Origin: Patescibacteria group bacterium
GTDB taxonomy: Bacteria; Patescibacteriota; Minisyncoccia; Phycocordibacterales; PALSA-1337
NCBI GenBank assembly: GCA_040387635.1
Contig: JAZKDJ010000001.1
Span: 243,851 to 307,850 of the forward strand
Reading direction: 5' to 3'
Length of the DNA: 64,000 nucleotides
The position numbers and the translations under genes were made by a program. The notes beneath the pieces are model-generated. The model was not told where the DNA came from. It saw only the letters and a list, made by a program, of their open reading frames with translations, and did no database searches. Below, piece by piece: positions 17,271-24,801 of the stretch. Numbering within the stretch: position 1 is the stretch's first letter; every line of letters starts with the position of its first letter.

Positions 17271-17627
17271 TCACTCCTCGCTTTCAGCAAGAACCGAGTT
17301 GGCATGTTCTGCCTGATGGCTCATTTGTTCCAGTTCCAGCCTCTGGTCTTCAGCTCTCTGAGCGGCAGCAGCTTCAGCTTCGTGCCTTTCCGAAAAGGGA
17401 GAGACAGCCCAGCCTAGGAAGCTTACCAAGTAATAAAAGTTCTTGAAAATGAACGCGCCTTGCACATCGGTAAAATGAACTGTCCACTCAGAGAGTGACG
17501 ATATTGCATCTGGTCTTTCCGGAGGTTCAGTCCGGTCAATGACAGCGCTTACCACCTTCGTGTAGCGCAAGAAAAATACTCTTTGTCCTGCTAGTTTCTC
17601 CAGATCATTAAGGGATCTTATTCGCAT
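17271..17627 (-). CDS. Hypothetical protein
   Basis: 118-aa ORF with no recognisable motif and an acidic/Ala-rich C-terminal helix (HEAEAAAAQRAEDQRLELEQ). It is bounded by a terminator downstream. Confidence 0.45.
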   Translation of the reverse strand: MRIRSLNDLEKLAGQRVFFLRYTKVVSAVIDRTEPPERPDAISSLSEWTVHFTDVQGAFIFKNFYYLVSFLGWAVSPFSERHEAEAAAAQRAEDQRLELEQMSHQAEHANSVLAESEE

Positions 17628-17692
17628 AAGGAATTCCTTTTGCTAATTTCTGCCTTTACGATACTCTTCTCATCTATCCCAGTCAATATAAT

Positions 17693-17726
17693 TAAAAAAA
17701 CGAAAAAGGGGCCGAAGCCCCTTTTT
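17693..17726 (-). terminator. Rho-independent terminator
   Basis: The minus strand reads aaaaaggggcttcggcccctttttcgttttttt, a GC stem with a cttcgg-type loop and a T-tract, about 40 nt after the stop at 17765. Confidence 0.85.
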
Positions 17727-17764
17727 CTATAAGACCCTAAGAGATCCTTTTCCAAGAATCAACC

Positions 17765-18022
17765 TTAGGCCCTTCGCACCAAGCGCACCACTCCCAGGAG
17801 CACGATGGCACCAATGAGAGCCACTATAAAACTATAAATATTGAAGCCTGATGTTCCTGACTGGCCGAATGCGTTCATAATCCAGCCTCCAAGTACAGCA
17901 CCCACAATACCTACGATAATATTGAGTGTAGTTCCCTGTTGTGCATCTGTTCCCATAATAAGTGATGCTACCCATCCTACAATTGCACCGAACACGAGCC
18001 AAATAATGAGATTTAATAACAT
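17765..18022 (-). CDS. GlsB/YeaQ/YmgE family (transglycosylase-associated) small membrane protein
   Basis: 85 aa. MLLNLIIWLVFGAIVGWVASLIMGTDAQQGTTLNIIVGIVGAVLGGWIMNAFG matches the family signature. Confidence 0.85.
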   Translation of the reverse strand: MLLNLIIWLVFGAIVGWVASLIMGTDAQQGTTLNIIVGIVGAVLGGWIMNAFGQSGTSGFNIYSFIVALIGAIVLLGVVRLVRRA

Positions 18023-18072
18023 GATATTTTTGTTATGCTAGTAATTTGCGTGACCTGCGATCAAGCTACAAC

Positions 18073-18288
18073 TTACTGTCCCTGACCGCCACCTGTACCT
18101 CCAGTTCCACCTCCTCCATCGCCTCCTCCGTTACCTCCACCAAGATCAACGTTGATGCTTGGGCCGTTTGTACCTCCGTTACCGGCAGGAGCTCCTCCAC
18201 GTGATGTCATGAACCATACGAGAAAGCCCACAATGATCACAAGAAGGATAACAAGGATGGCGTTGGTCGTTGAACTTCCTTTGTCCAT
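18073..18288 (-). CDS. Small TM protein with Gly-rich C-terminal tail (hypothetical)
   Basis: 71 aa with TM helix AILVILLVIIVGFLVWF, followed by GGGNGGGDGGGGTGGTGGGQGQ. Confidence 0.45.
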   Translation of the reverse strand: MDKGSSTTNAILVILLVIIVGFLVWFMTSRGGAPAGNGGTNGPSINVDLGGGNGGGDGGGGTGGTGGGQGQ

Positions 18289-18311
18289 AAATTTGTTAAT
18301 AACGTTATTAA

Positions 18312-19010
18312 CTAATAATGTGTTGCCTGACTTTGCCTTCGGAATCGGTTAACCGCTTCATGAGCTTGACGCGTCGGCTCAGGAAGGCGGTAACCGCGAA
18401 GGCAAAGCCTAACGACCTCGATCGCCTGCTCCAGACTCACGAGATGTCCCGGAGAGACGATGAGTGGGTTCGATCTCTTCTTGGAATGCATGGCGACACC
18501 TATGACCTCGCCCGTTGAGGGATCCTTGATCTCCTGAAACGAGCCTGTTTCCGAAAGACCGCTCTCCACGGAATCATAGACTCCGTAGAGCACGCTCTTG
18601 GCACAGCCAATAGTCGGCGTCTCCGTAAGCACTCCAAAATGTGATGCAATTCCCAGTCGCCGGGGATGAGCTATCCCCTGGCCGTCAACGATAATGAGAT
18701 CCGGTTTTCTTTTTAAATTTTTATAGCATGTAAGGAGTGAAGGAATTTCTCTGAACGAAAGAAGTCCAGGTATATATGGAAAATTAGTCTGCTCTTTAGT
18801 AAACGATTCTTCGAGCAGCTCAAGCTCTGGATATGAAAATACTACAATGCCCGCGTAAGCATCGCTCTCATAGAGATTCATGGAAACATCGGCGCCAGCT
18901 ACAGTCTTGATTTCTTTCTCAAGTGGAACAACCTTCACCTTGTGGCGAATTTCCTGCTGCAACCGGACTGCTTCCAGTGGAGTTAAATTTTGAGTAAAAT
19001 TCTGTTTCAT
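18312..19010 (-). CDS. nfi: Endonuclease V
   Basis: 232 aa. VAGADVS...YIPGLLSFREIPSLL...PDLIIVDGQGIAHPRRLGIASHFGVLTETPTIGCAKS are canonical Nfi motifs. Confidence 0.9.
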   Translation of the reverse strand: MKQNFTQNLTPLEAVRLQQEIRHKVKVVPLEKEIKTVAGADVSMNLYESDAYAGIVVFSYPELELLEESFTKEQTNFPYIPGLLSFREIPSLLTCYKNLKRKPDLIIVDGQGIAHPRRLGIASHFGVLTETPTIGCAKSVLYGVYDSVESGLSETGSFQEIKDPSTGEVIGVAMHSKKRSNPLIVSPGHLVSLEQAIEVVRLCLRGYRLPEPTRQAHEAVNRFRRQSQATHY

Positions 19011-19016
19011 GATATT

Positions 19017-20375
19017 TTATTTCGTCTTGCCCTTACTCTTTGTTCTACGTACTGAATTCTTCAGTGCTCCATGTATAAGTTCCTCCGTATAATCACGTCC
19101 CTTATACAGAATGCTCCTGAGCGTGTGCGTGCGGCGAGGATTATACAATTCTTCGTATTCATTTTTTCGGCCCAAGATCATATCGGCAAACATCATTCCA
19201 GCGAGCGTTCCATATGTCATACCGTTTCCTGAGAAGCCTGTAGCGCTGTAATGGTTCGGATGCTTCTTGTCATATCGTCCAATCAAAGCCAAGCCATCAG
19301 AAGGCTCGATAATTGGACCGTTCCAGCGGCGCACTATTGTATATGGAATGTCCCCTAAGATTTTCTTAGTATATTCCTCAAGTGCAGAATAATTTTTGTC
19401 CTCATCAATCGGAATTTCCTGGCGATGATCCTCTCCTCCAATAATGAGACGATCGAGGGAAGGATCAACCTTGCCAGAGCTTGTCACTCCAAGACCTTTG
19501 TCCACTCTGAAATAGTGGTAGGGATTTTCACCATCCTCATACAAAGCCTCTGGAAATGTTTCTGTAGGAATCGAAAGTTCAAAAACATATGTTATGTATG
19601 TTCCCTTTTTGAGTTTAGTCAGGCCAGGTTCAACCATTGGCTTGTATGTTGCAACGACAACATTATTAGCAATGATGCTTGGTCCTGTGGCATCCTTACC
19701 ATTGGTTCCTGGTTTGGCTGTATGTACTGTTATTGTTTTCTCTCCCTCAATCCGCACAACCTCAGTCTGATCATAAAACCTTACTCCCTTTTCATGGGCT
19801 TTTGCTTTTAAGCACGAAAGGTATTGGACGGGATGGAACTTTGCCTGGAAAGGAGTTTCGATGCCGCCGAAGTTAGGAAAAGGAAGCTTAACTCCTTCGA
19901 TTTCTTTCAAAGGAAATCCTCCCTTACACGCTTCCTCTGCATCCTCCTTCAAATCAGAAGCCTGCTTCTCATCGGTTCCAAATGAATACATCGGTACTCT
20001 TTTGAATTCACATGTAAAATTGCACTCCCGCATATTTTTCTCAATAAGATCAATAGCGCGGCGCTTGGATTCAAAAACCTGAATCGCCTTCTCGCGGCCA
20101 AACATATTAATAAGGTCCACGAATTGAGTATCCACAACATATGTAATGAATGCGGTCGTATATGCTGACACAGTCTCATTGAGATCGCCCTTATCAACAA
20201 CCACCACGTTCCTACCTTCCTTTGCCAGGAGATAAGCAGTTGTGATGCCGGTAATGCCGGCGCCCACGATGACGACATCAGCCATGATGTTCTCATTGAG
20301 CGGAGGGTAGACCTTAAGGTCATCCATCTGCCATGTGGTTTGCGACTTTTTCATATGCTCAGTATGTCTTGTCAC
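19017..20375 (-). CDS. FAD-dependent oxidoreductase (DAO/glycine oxidase-like family)
   Basis: 452 aa with the Rossmann dinucleotide motif ADVVIVGAGITGITTAYLLAKEGRNVVVVDKG near the N-terminus. The start codon is uncertain (alternative ATGs at 20354 and 20327). Confidence 0.75.
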   Translation of the reverse strand: MTRHTEHMKKSQTTWQMDDLKVYPPLNENIMADVVIVGAGITGITTAYLLAKEGRNVVVVDKGDLNETVSAYTTAFITYVVDTQFVDLINMFGREKAIQVFESKRRAIDLIEKNMRECNFTCEFKRVPMYSFGTDEKQASDLKEDAEEACKGGFPLKEIEGVKLPFPNFGGIETPFQAKFHPVQYLSCLKAKAHEKGVRFYDQTEVVRIEGEKTITVHTAKPGTNGKDATGPSIIANNVVVATYKPMVEPGLTKLKKGTYITYVFELSIPTETFPEALYEDGENPYHYFRVDKGLGVTSSGKVDPSLDRLIIGGEDHRQEIPIDEDKNYSALEEYTKKILGDIPYTIVRRWNGPIIEPSDGLALIGRYDKKHPNHYSATGFSGNGMTYGTLAGMMFADMILGRKNEYEELYNPRRTHTLRSILYKGRDYTEELIHGALKNSVRRTKSKGKTK

Positions 20376-20411
20376 AATTAAGTCCTGATGAACATAAATA
20401 TCCCGTCATGC

Positions 20412-20440
20412 TTGCTAGTGAACAACTGTTCACTTATAAT
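20412..20440 (+). promoter_or_regulatory. Predicted promoter with an SOS (Cheo-type) operator filling the 17-nt spacer
   Basis: TTGCTA-gtgaacaactgttcact-TATAAT. The palindrome GTGAAC-N4-GTTCAC spans 20418..20433, about 52 nt upstream of the ATG at 20492. Confidence 0.65.
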
Positions 20441-20491
20441 ATAGAAACAAATTCTCTCCTATTCGCTAGTTTTTCTGCACCTCCAAACTTT

Positions 20492-21961
20492 ATGAATCAC
20501 CTCAAAGAATCAATATTTGCCATCGTCGATATAGAAACCACCGGATCAAGCCCTATCAGAGAGCGGGTAATCGAGATCGGTATTCTTCGCGTTGAGAATG
20601 GCAAGGTTACAAAAAAATATCAGAAGCTGATTGATCCTCAGAAATATTTGCCGCCATCAATCCAAGACATCACAGGAATCCGTCCTAATGATCTAGTAGG
20701 TGCTCCCCTGTTTGAAGACATCGCCCAAGAAGTGCATGAGCTTCTTAATGGTGCCATCTTTGTGGCGCACAATGTTCGTTTCGATTATGGCTTTATAAAA
20801 AACGAGCTCAAGCGTTCTGGAATAATCTGGAATGCAAAATGTTTGTGTACAGTAAGGCTTTCAAGAAAGCTCTTCAAGAAGTACAAACACCACGACCTAT
20901 CGAGCATTATCGACCGTTATGGATTTACGTGCGAAAACCGTCACAGAGCATATGATGACGCGGCAGTACTCTGGGATTTCATGAACATGATCGTCGCCGA
21001 AGGACATGGCGAGAAAATGAACAAAGCTATCGACGAACTTCTACAAACAAGAACCCTTCCGCAATTTCTCGATGAGAAAAGCGTCTCCAATCTTCCTTCT
21101 GAACCAGGAGTGTATATTTTCTATGGCCCTGACGACGAAGTGCTCTATGTAGGCAAAAGCAGGAACCTCAAGTATCGAGTAATGTCACATTTTGCCAATG
21201 ACCATCGTGAAGGAAAAGAAATGAACATATGCCAGCAAACTAAGCGTGTCGAAGTAAGAGAAACTTCTGGCGAACTTGGAGCTCTTCTCCTTGAGTCAGA
21301 ATTAGTTAAAAAGTATTCCCCTCTCTACAACAGAATGCTAAGGAGGAGCTCTGAGCTCGTGCTCGCCAAGCGACGTAGGACGGACTCGTACCATGAAATT
21401 TTCCTTGAACGCTCAAGTGAAATAGTCCCGCAAGAATACAAGGACACTCTCGGGGTTTTCAAAAATATGATCCAGGCGAAAGAATTTCTCAAGGGTTCCT
21501 GCGATGAATGGCAGCTCTGCCCCAAGCTCATGGGAATTGAGAAATCAAAAGGTGCCTGTTTCTATTCACAGCTCGGCAAATGCAAAGGTGCATGCAAAAA
21601 CAAAGACAATGCTGATGAATACAACCTGCGCCTTGCCGAAGCATTCGCAAGCAGGCGCCTCAAGGCATGGCCCTTCGATGGCGCAATCATCATCGATGAG
21701 AAGCGTGACGATATGGAGAAACATTCCTTTGTGCTCGACAATTGGTGCCTAATAGCAAATATCAAAACCGAAGAAGATGGCGTCGAGTTTGTATCCCACT
21801 CCCCTAAGTTCGATTATGATAGTTATAAGATCTTCGCCAGATATCTCTCCGATCCCGCGCACAAGCGAAATATCAAACCAATAACAAAACGAGAGCTGGC
21901 GTCCATCCTTCACAACGAAAGCGTTGCCGAAAGTGAGGAGTACCTGACTACAATAATTTAA
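20492..21961 (+). CDS. DnaQ-like 3'-5' exonuclease fused to a GIY-YIG (UvrC-homologue/Cho-like) nuclease
   Basis: From ATG 20492: FAIVDIETTGSS...FVAHNVRFDYGFI...HRAYDDAAVLW are DEDDh Exo I-III motifs. PGVYIFYGPDDEVLYVGKSRNLKYRVMSHF...ELGALLLESELVKKYSPLYN is a GIY-YIG domain. The track ORF start at 20333 would include the promoter. Confidence 0.8.
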   Translation: MNHLKESIFAIVDIETTGSSPIRERVIEIGILRVENGKVTKKYQKLIDPQKYLPPSIQDITGIRPNDLVGAPLFEDIAQEVHELLNGAIFVAHNVRFDYGFIKNELKRSGIIWNAKCLCTVRLSRKLFKKYKHHDLSSIIDRYGFTCENRHRAYDDAAVLWDFMNMIVAEGHGEKMNKAIDELLQTRTLPQFLDEKSVSNLPSEPGVYIFYGPDDEVLYVGKSRNLKYRVMSHFANDHREGKEMNICQQTKRVEVRETSGELGALLLESELVKKYSPLYNRMLRRSSELVLAKRRRTDSYHEIFLERSSEIVPQEYKDTLGVFKNMIQAKEFLKGSCDEWQLCPKLMGIEKSKGACFYSQLGKCKGACKNKDNADEYNLRLAEAFASRRLKAWPFDGAIIIDEKRDDMEKHSFVLDNWCLIANIKTEEDGVEFVSHSPKFDYDSYKIFARYLSDPAHKRNIKPITKRELASILHNESVAESEEYLTTII

Positions 21962-22917
21962 ATGGTATAGAGATTCTCATTCACCACCTGCTCTTCTCCA
22001 AAACGTTCCTTTCGTGCAAATCGATACAATATATATTGAGCAGCAATGTTTCCAAGGTCTGTCGCCTGTCGTGCCACTTCTTGTCCGTACATTCTGATTA
22101 CTCCACCAACAGCTCTGCCGGCAGCACCACCTAATTGAGCAAAGCCCATACCGATGATTCCAACTGCCATATTAGCAACCCCTCTTACTGAATCCGTTCC
22201 AAGATTTACCAGAAGAGATTTTTTGAATGTTTCTGACTTGCTGATCTGGTTGAGTTCATCTACTTCATCCATGATTGAATGATATGTATATTCAGATCCG
22301 TATTTATCAAGAAAAACAAACCATGTGTATCGAAGTTTTGTTTTGAGATAGTAGCCGTAGAAGAAAAGGCTCACAATAATAACTATAACGACTACAGGTA
22401 TAGCCATAACAAAATATGACTGCATATCGCCAGTTGGTGATGATGTAAAGAAGGCTACTACTCCACCAGCAATAACGAGAAGGGTTAGACCTATAGGTAG
22501 CACATAGTATCGAAGAGCAATCTGAAGTCTAAACTTAAATGCTGACCAAAAAAGTTTCTTAGCAAGCATCCAACTCTGCTTGAGGTCGAGATTTTTCTTG
22601 TCGAAATATGAGTCGATCCAAATCTGCTTCTCGATCTCAAAAATAAATCTAACAATGCCGCTGTAGATTATCGCCAAGACAACATATGCAATGAGACCTC
22701 CTATCGCCCACACCATTTGTTCGCTGGTAAACGCCTTGAAATTAACAGCACCCTCGAATAGATAAGAGGCTGCAATAAGAAGAATGAAAGGCCATGAGAT
22801 AAGGAGTGATCGCTTGAGAATGGACTTCTTTCTCTCTTTGAGCTGCCGACCGATCTCTTCGAGCATTTCTTTGTACGTTGGAGGAAGAGTGACTGCAGCA
22901 GGCTGATTTGGATTCAT
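21958..22917 (-). CDS. Hypothetical polytopic membrane protein
   Basis: 319 aa with at least 5 hydrophobic helices. No family recognised. Confidence 0.55.
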   Translation of the reverse strand: MNPNQPAAVTLPPTYKEMLEEIGRQLKERKKSILKRSLLISWPFILLIAASYLFEGAVNFKAFTSEQMVWAIGGLIAYVVLAIIYSGIVRFIFEIEKQIWIDSYFDKKNLDLKQSWMLAKKLFWSAFKFRLQIALRYYVLPIGLTLLVIAGGVVAFFTSSPTGDMQSYFVMAIPVVVIVIIVSLFFYGYYLKTKLRYTWFVFLDKYGSEYTYHSIMDEVDELNQISKSETFKKSLLVNLGTDSVRGVANMAVGIIGMGFAQLGGAAGRAVGGVIRMYGQEVARQATDLGNIAAQYILYRFARKERFGEEQVVNENLYTI

Positions 22918-22981
22918 CTAAGTTGATTATTGATGTTTAATGGAATTCATTAGCAAGTATAGCAGATTCCCTGTCTCCCAA

Positions 22982-23016
22982 AACAAAAACACCCGGATTT
23001 GAACCGGGTGTTTTTG
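22982..23016 (-). terminator. Rho-independent terminator downstream of tRNA-Asp
   Basis: cacccgg-atttgaa-ccgggtg is flanked by A- and T-runs on both sides. Confidence 0.7.
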
Positions 23017-23022
23017 TTATTG

Positions 23023-23096
23023 CGCGGCCGATGGGACTCGAACCCACGACCTCTCCCGTGACAGGGGAGCGTTCTAGCCAGCTGAACTACGGCCGC
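23023..23096 (-). tRNA. tRNA-Asp (anticodon GTC)
   Basis: The reverse complement is GCGGCCGTAGTTCAGCTGGCTAGAACGCTCCCCTGTCACGGGAGAGGTCGTGGGTTCGAGTCCCATCGGCCGCG. Anticodon stem is CTCCC/GGGAG with loop CTGTCAC. Confidence 0.9.
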
Positions 23097-23174
23097 ACGT
23101 AAGGAGAAATGTAGCAGATTTTAGGCATTCGAGCAATAGCCAGATGAACAACATGGGCGGAAAAGGAAAAAGTA

Positions 23175-23210
23175 CGAAAAAAGGCGCCGTATGTCACAGT
23201 ACGGCGCCTT
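23175..23210 (-). terminator. Rho-independent terminator
   Basis: An 11-bp stem aaggcgccgta/tacggcgcctt with an 8-nt loop and a T-tract on the minus strand, 15 nt after the stop at 23226. Confidence 0.85.
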
Positions 23211-23225
23211 TCCGAAAACAACAGA

Positions 23226-23750
23226 TCAAAGACCGGTCAGGTATTTGAGGGGTACTCCCAAGATGTCCGTGAAATTCCGGAACCCCCAACCCATACTCAC
23301 TCCTGCGGTGTATTCTTCGCGCGCAATGCCCGAAGGTTGTATTGGATATGTGGCCTCGATATGAAGCCCTGCTCCAAAGTCTTTTGCCCTTGTTCTGAAG
23401 AACCAAACGTCGCAAACGTCTATTCCGCTCTCACTTCCCGTTTGCACGAGACGAGAGTCGTACGCAACGCGTCCAAACAAGTCGTACCCAGTAGGTTCGA
23501 CTTTTTCCATCGCTTCATCAAGTGCACGACGGCGAGCTGAAGATCTCTCGACAAACGCATCGATTCCGAGCGCGTCGCGACTGGCAGCAAGTTCCTTGGC
23601 TTCGCTCTGCGAAGGTGGAGACGAAGTGGCAATTGCCGGAAGAACAGTGTGCGCCGTGGGACTCGTAGTTCCTCGTACCAACGCATATTCCTGCGCGGCT
23701 ACGATGATGGCGGTTGAAAGAAACGCAAGCAGCAGCATGGTTCTCTTCAT
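23226..23750 (-). CDS. Hypothetical secreted protein in a GC-richer islet
   Basis: Taken from internal ATG 23750: MKRTMLLLAFLSTAIIVAAQEYA (signal peptide). The region shows stacked overlapping ORFs in several frames, typical of locally higher GC. Confidence 0.5.
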   Translation of the reverse strand: MKRTMLLLAFLSTAIIVAAQEYALVRGTTSPTAHTVLPAIATSSPPSQSEAKELAASRDALGIDAFVERSSARRRALDEAMEKVEPTGYDLFGRVAYDSRLVQTGSESGIDVCDVWFFRTRAKDFGAGLHIEATYPIQPSGIAREEYTAGVSMGWGFRNFTDILGVPLKYLTGL

Positions 23751-23857
23751 AACAAATGACAGGTTCTGGATTAATGCTAGCATGCCCTCCTCCACGCAGC
23801 CACAGCATAATACACAGGTAAAAAATACCTGAAGATTTGACACGTATCCTAAAAATG

Positions 23858-23931
23858 TGTCGGCGGAAGGGATCGAACCTTCGACCTTGGGCTTATGAGT
23901 CCCACGCTCTAGCCAACTGAGCTACGCCGAC
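23858..23931 (-). tRNA. tRNA with anticodon CAT, elongator-type (Met, or Ile2 if lysidine-modified)
   Basis: The reverse complement is GTCGGCGTAGCTCAGTTGGCTAGAGCGTGGGACTCATAAGCCCAAGGTCGAAGGTTCGATCCCTTCCGCCGACA. G1:C72 is paired and C11:G24 is present (elongator features). The anticodon loop is CTCATAA. Confidence 0.85.
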
Positions 23932-23964
23932 ATGCTTAATACGAGGATTACTATAATACGCTTA

Positions 23965-24008
23965 CCAAAAGAAAACAACCCTGCCTTTTGAAGACTGGGT
24001 TGTTTTCT
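23965..24008 (-). terminator. Rho-independent terminator downstream of the initiator-like tRNA
   Basis: The stem gaaaacaaccc / gggttgttttc is followed by a T-tract on the minus strand. Confidence 0.65.
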
Positions 24009-24048
24009 TTAACTCCTCCACTGTAAGCCTTTTACAGTATATTGCATG

Positions 24049-24120
24049 TTGCGGAGGCCGGAGTTGAACCGGCAGTTTTCAGGTTATGAGCCTGACGGGT
24101 TACCGTTACCCTACCCCGCT
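24049..24120 (-). tRNA. tRNA-Met (anticodon CAT), probable initiator
   Basis: The reverse complement is AGCGGGGTAGGGTAACGGTAACCCGTCAGGCTCATAACCTGAAAACTGCCGGTTCAACTCCGGCCTCCGCAA. It has an A1/A72 mismatch at the top of the acceptor stem and a purine11:pyrimidine24 pair. Only two, not three, G:C pairs lie next to the anticodon loop. Confidence 0.75.
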
Positions 24121-24185
24121 ATGTGCATAATATTAACACATTTTAGGGTGAATGCAAGGCTTTTTCCCACTTCTTTTGTGTCCTT

Positions 24186-24782
24186 CTATATATAGTAAAA
24201 CTCGTGGAAAACGTCCTTATAGAGCATGATAATTCGCCGAGCTTCCCTTTTATCAATAACGAAGTCAGATCCATCATGGGCTATGCGATTTCTCACCAAA
24301 TGAGCCTCCCATGCGTTGTCGATTGTAGCAAAAGCACCCTGTTCTCGCGCCCGTTTGAGCTTCTCCCCCACTCCATCCCCCAAAAAGCCTACAGAGGTCA
24401 ACATCACGTCGAGCATGCTGTCAGCGTCGATAATAGCCTGTTTCCAATCGTTGGGATTCTCTGAGTCAATGTGAACCAATACGTTTCTCCAGCGATTTGT
24501 AAGCTCAGGATCACCCTGTGGAGTCTCTTCGGTGTACGCAGGAACAACCTTGGCATCATAAAGTTCTTTCTCAAGCTGTCGAATCTTCTTGAGACGTTCA
24601 ACTGCCGTGATAATTCCTATCATGAAAATAATAGAGAGAGGAATGGAAATAGTAATGAATACAGCAATCGTCTTTGCGATCCAAGGATATGTTTCAGTGT
24701 AATTACTAAAAAGAAAAGTAATCAGCCTCGCCAAATAGCCGATAAGGTCCACTGACGGTACAAGTAGTGTTGGCTCCTCCAT
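24186..24782 (-). CDS. Hypothetical membrane-anchored protein
   Basis: 198 aa with two N-terminal hydrophobic helices and a soluble helical C-terminal domain (NAWEAHLVRNRIAHDGSDFVIDKREARRIIMLYKDVF). Confidence 0.55.
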   Translation of the reverse strand: MEEPTLLVPSVDLIGYLARLITFLFSNYTETYPWIAKTIAVFITISIPLSIIFMIGIITAVERLKKIRQLEKELYDAKVVPAYTEETPQGDPELTNRWRNVLVHIDSENPNDWKQAIIDADSMLDVMLTSVGFLGDGVGEKLKRAREQGAFATIDNAWEAHLVRNRIAHDGSDFVIDKREARRIIMLYKDVFHEFYYI

Positions 24783-24801
24783 ATTTTCACCTAATTATAC
24801 A

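Noticed and set aside
20333-20491. 5' extension of the exonuclease::GIY-YIG ORF
   Set aside because: It would contain the predicted -35, SOS box and -10 elements and overlap the divergent oxidoreductase start. The exonuclease Exo I motif begins just after ATG 20492.
22982-23016. ggatttgaaccgg sequence resembling a tRNA T-arm (possible tRNA fragment or att site next to tRNA-Asp)
   Set aside because: Only a 7-bp stem with A/T-run flanks is present, with no further cloverleaf elements and no repeat of the tRNA-Asp 3' end. A simple terminator is the better reading.
23194-23843. Five additional overlapping ORFs (73-96 aa) on both strands in the GC-richer islet, and the longer 205-aa version of the chosen ORF
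   Set aside because: They are mutually exclusive. Only the frame with a signal peptide start (ATG 23750) and a downstream terminator is plausible, and the rest are consequences of local GC richness.
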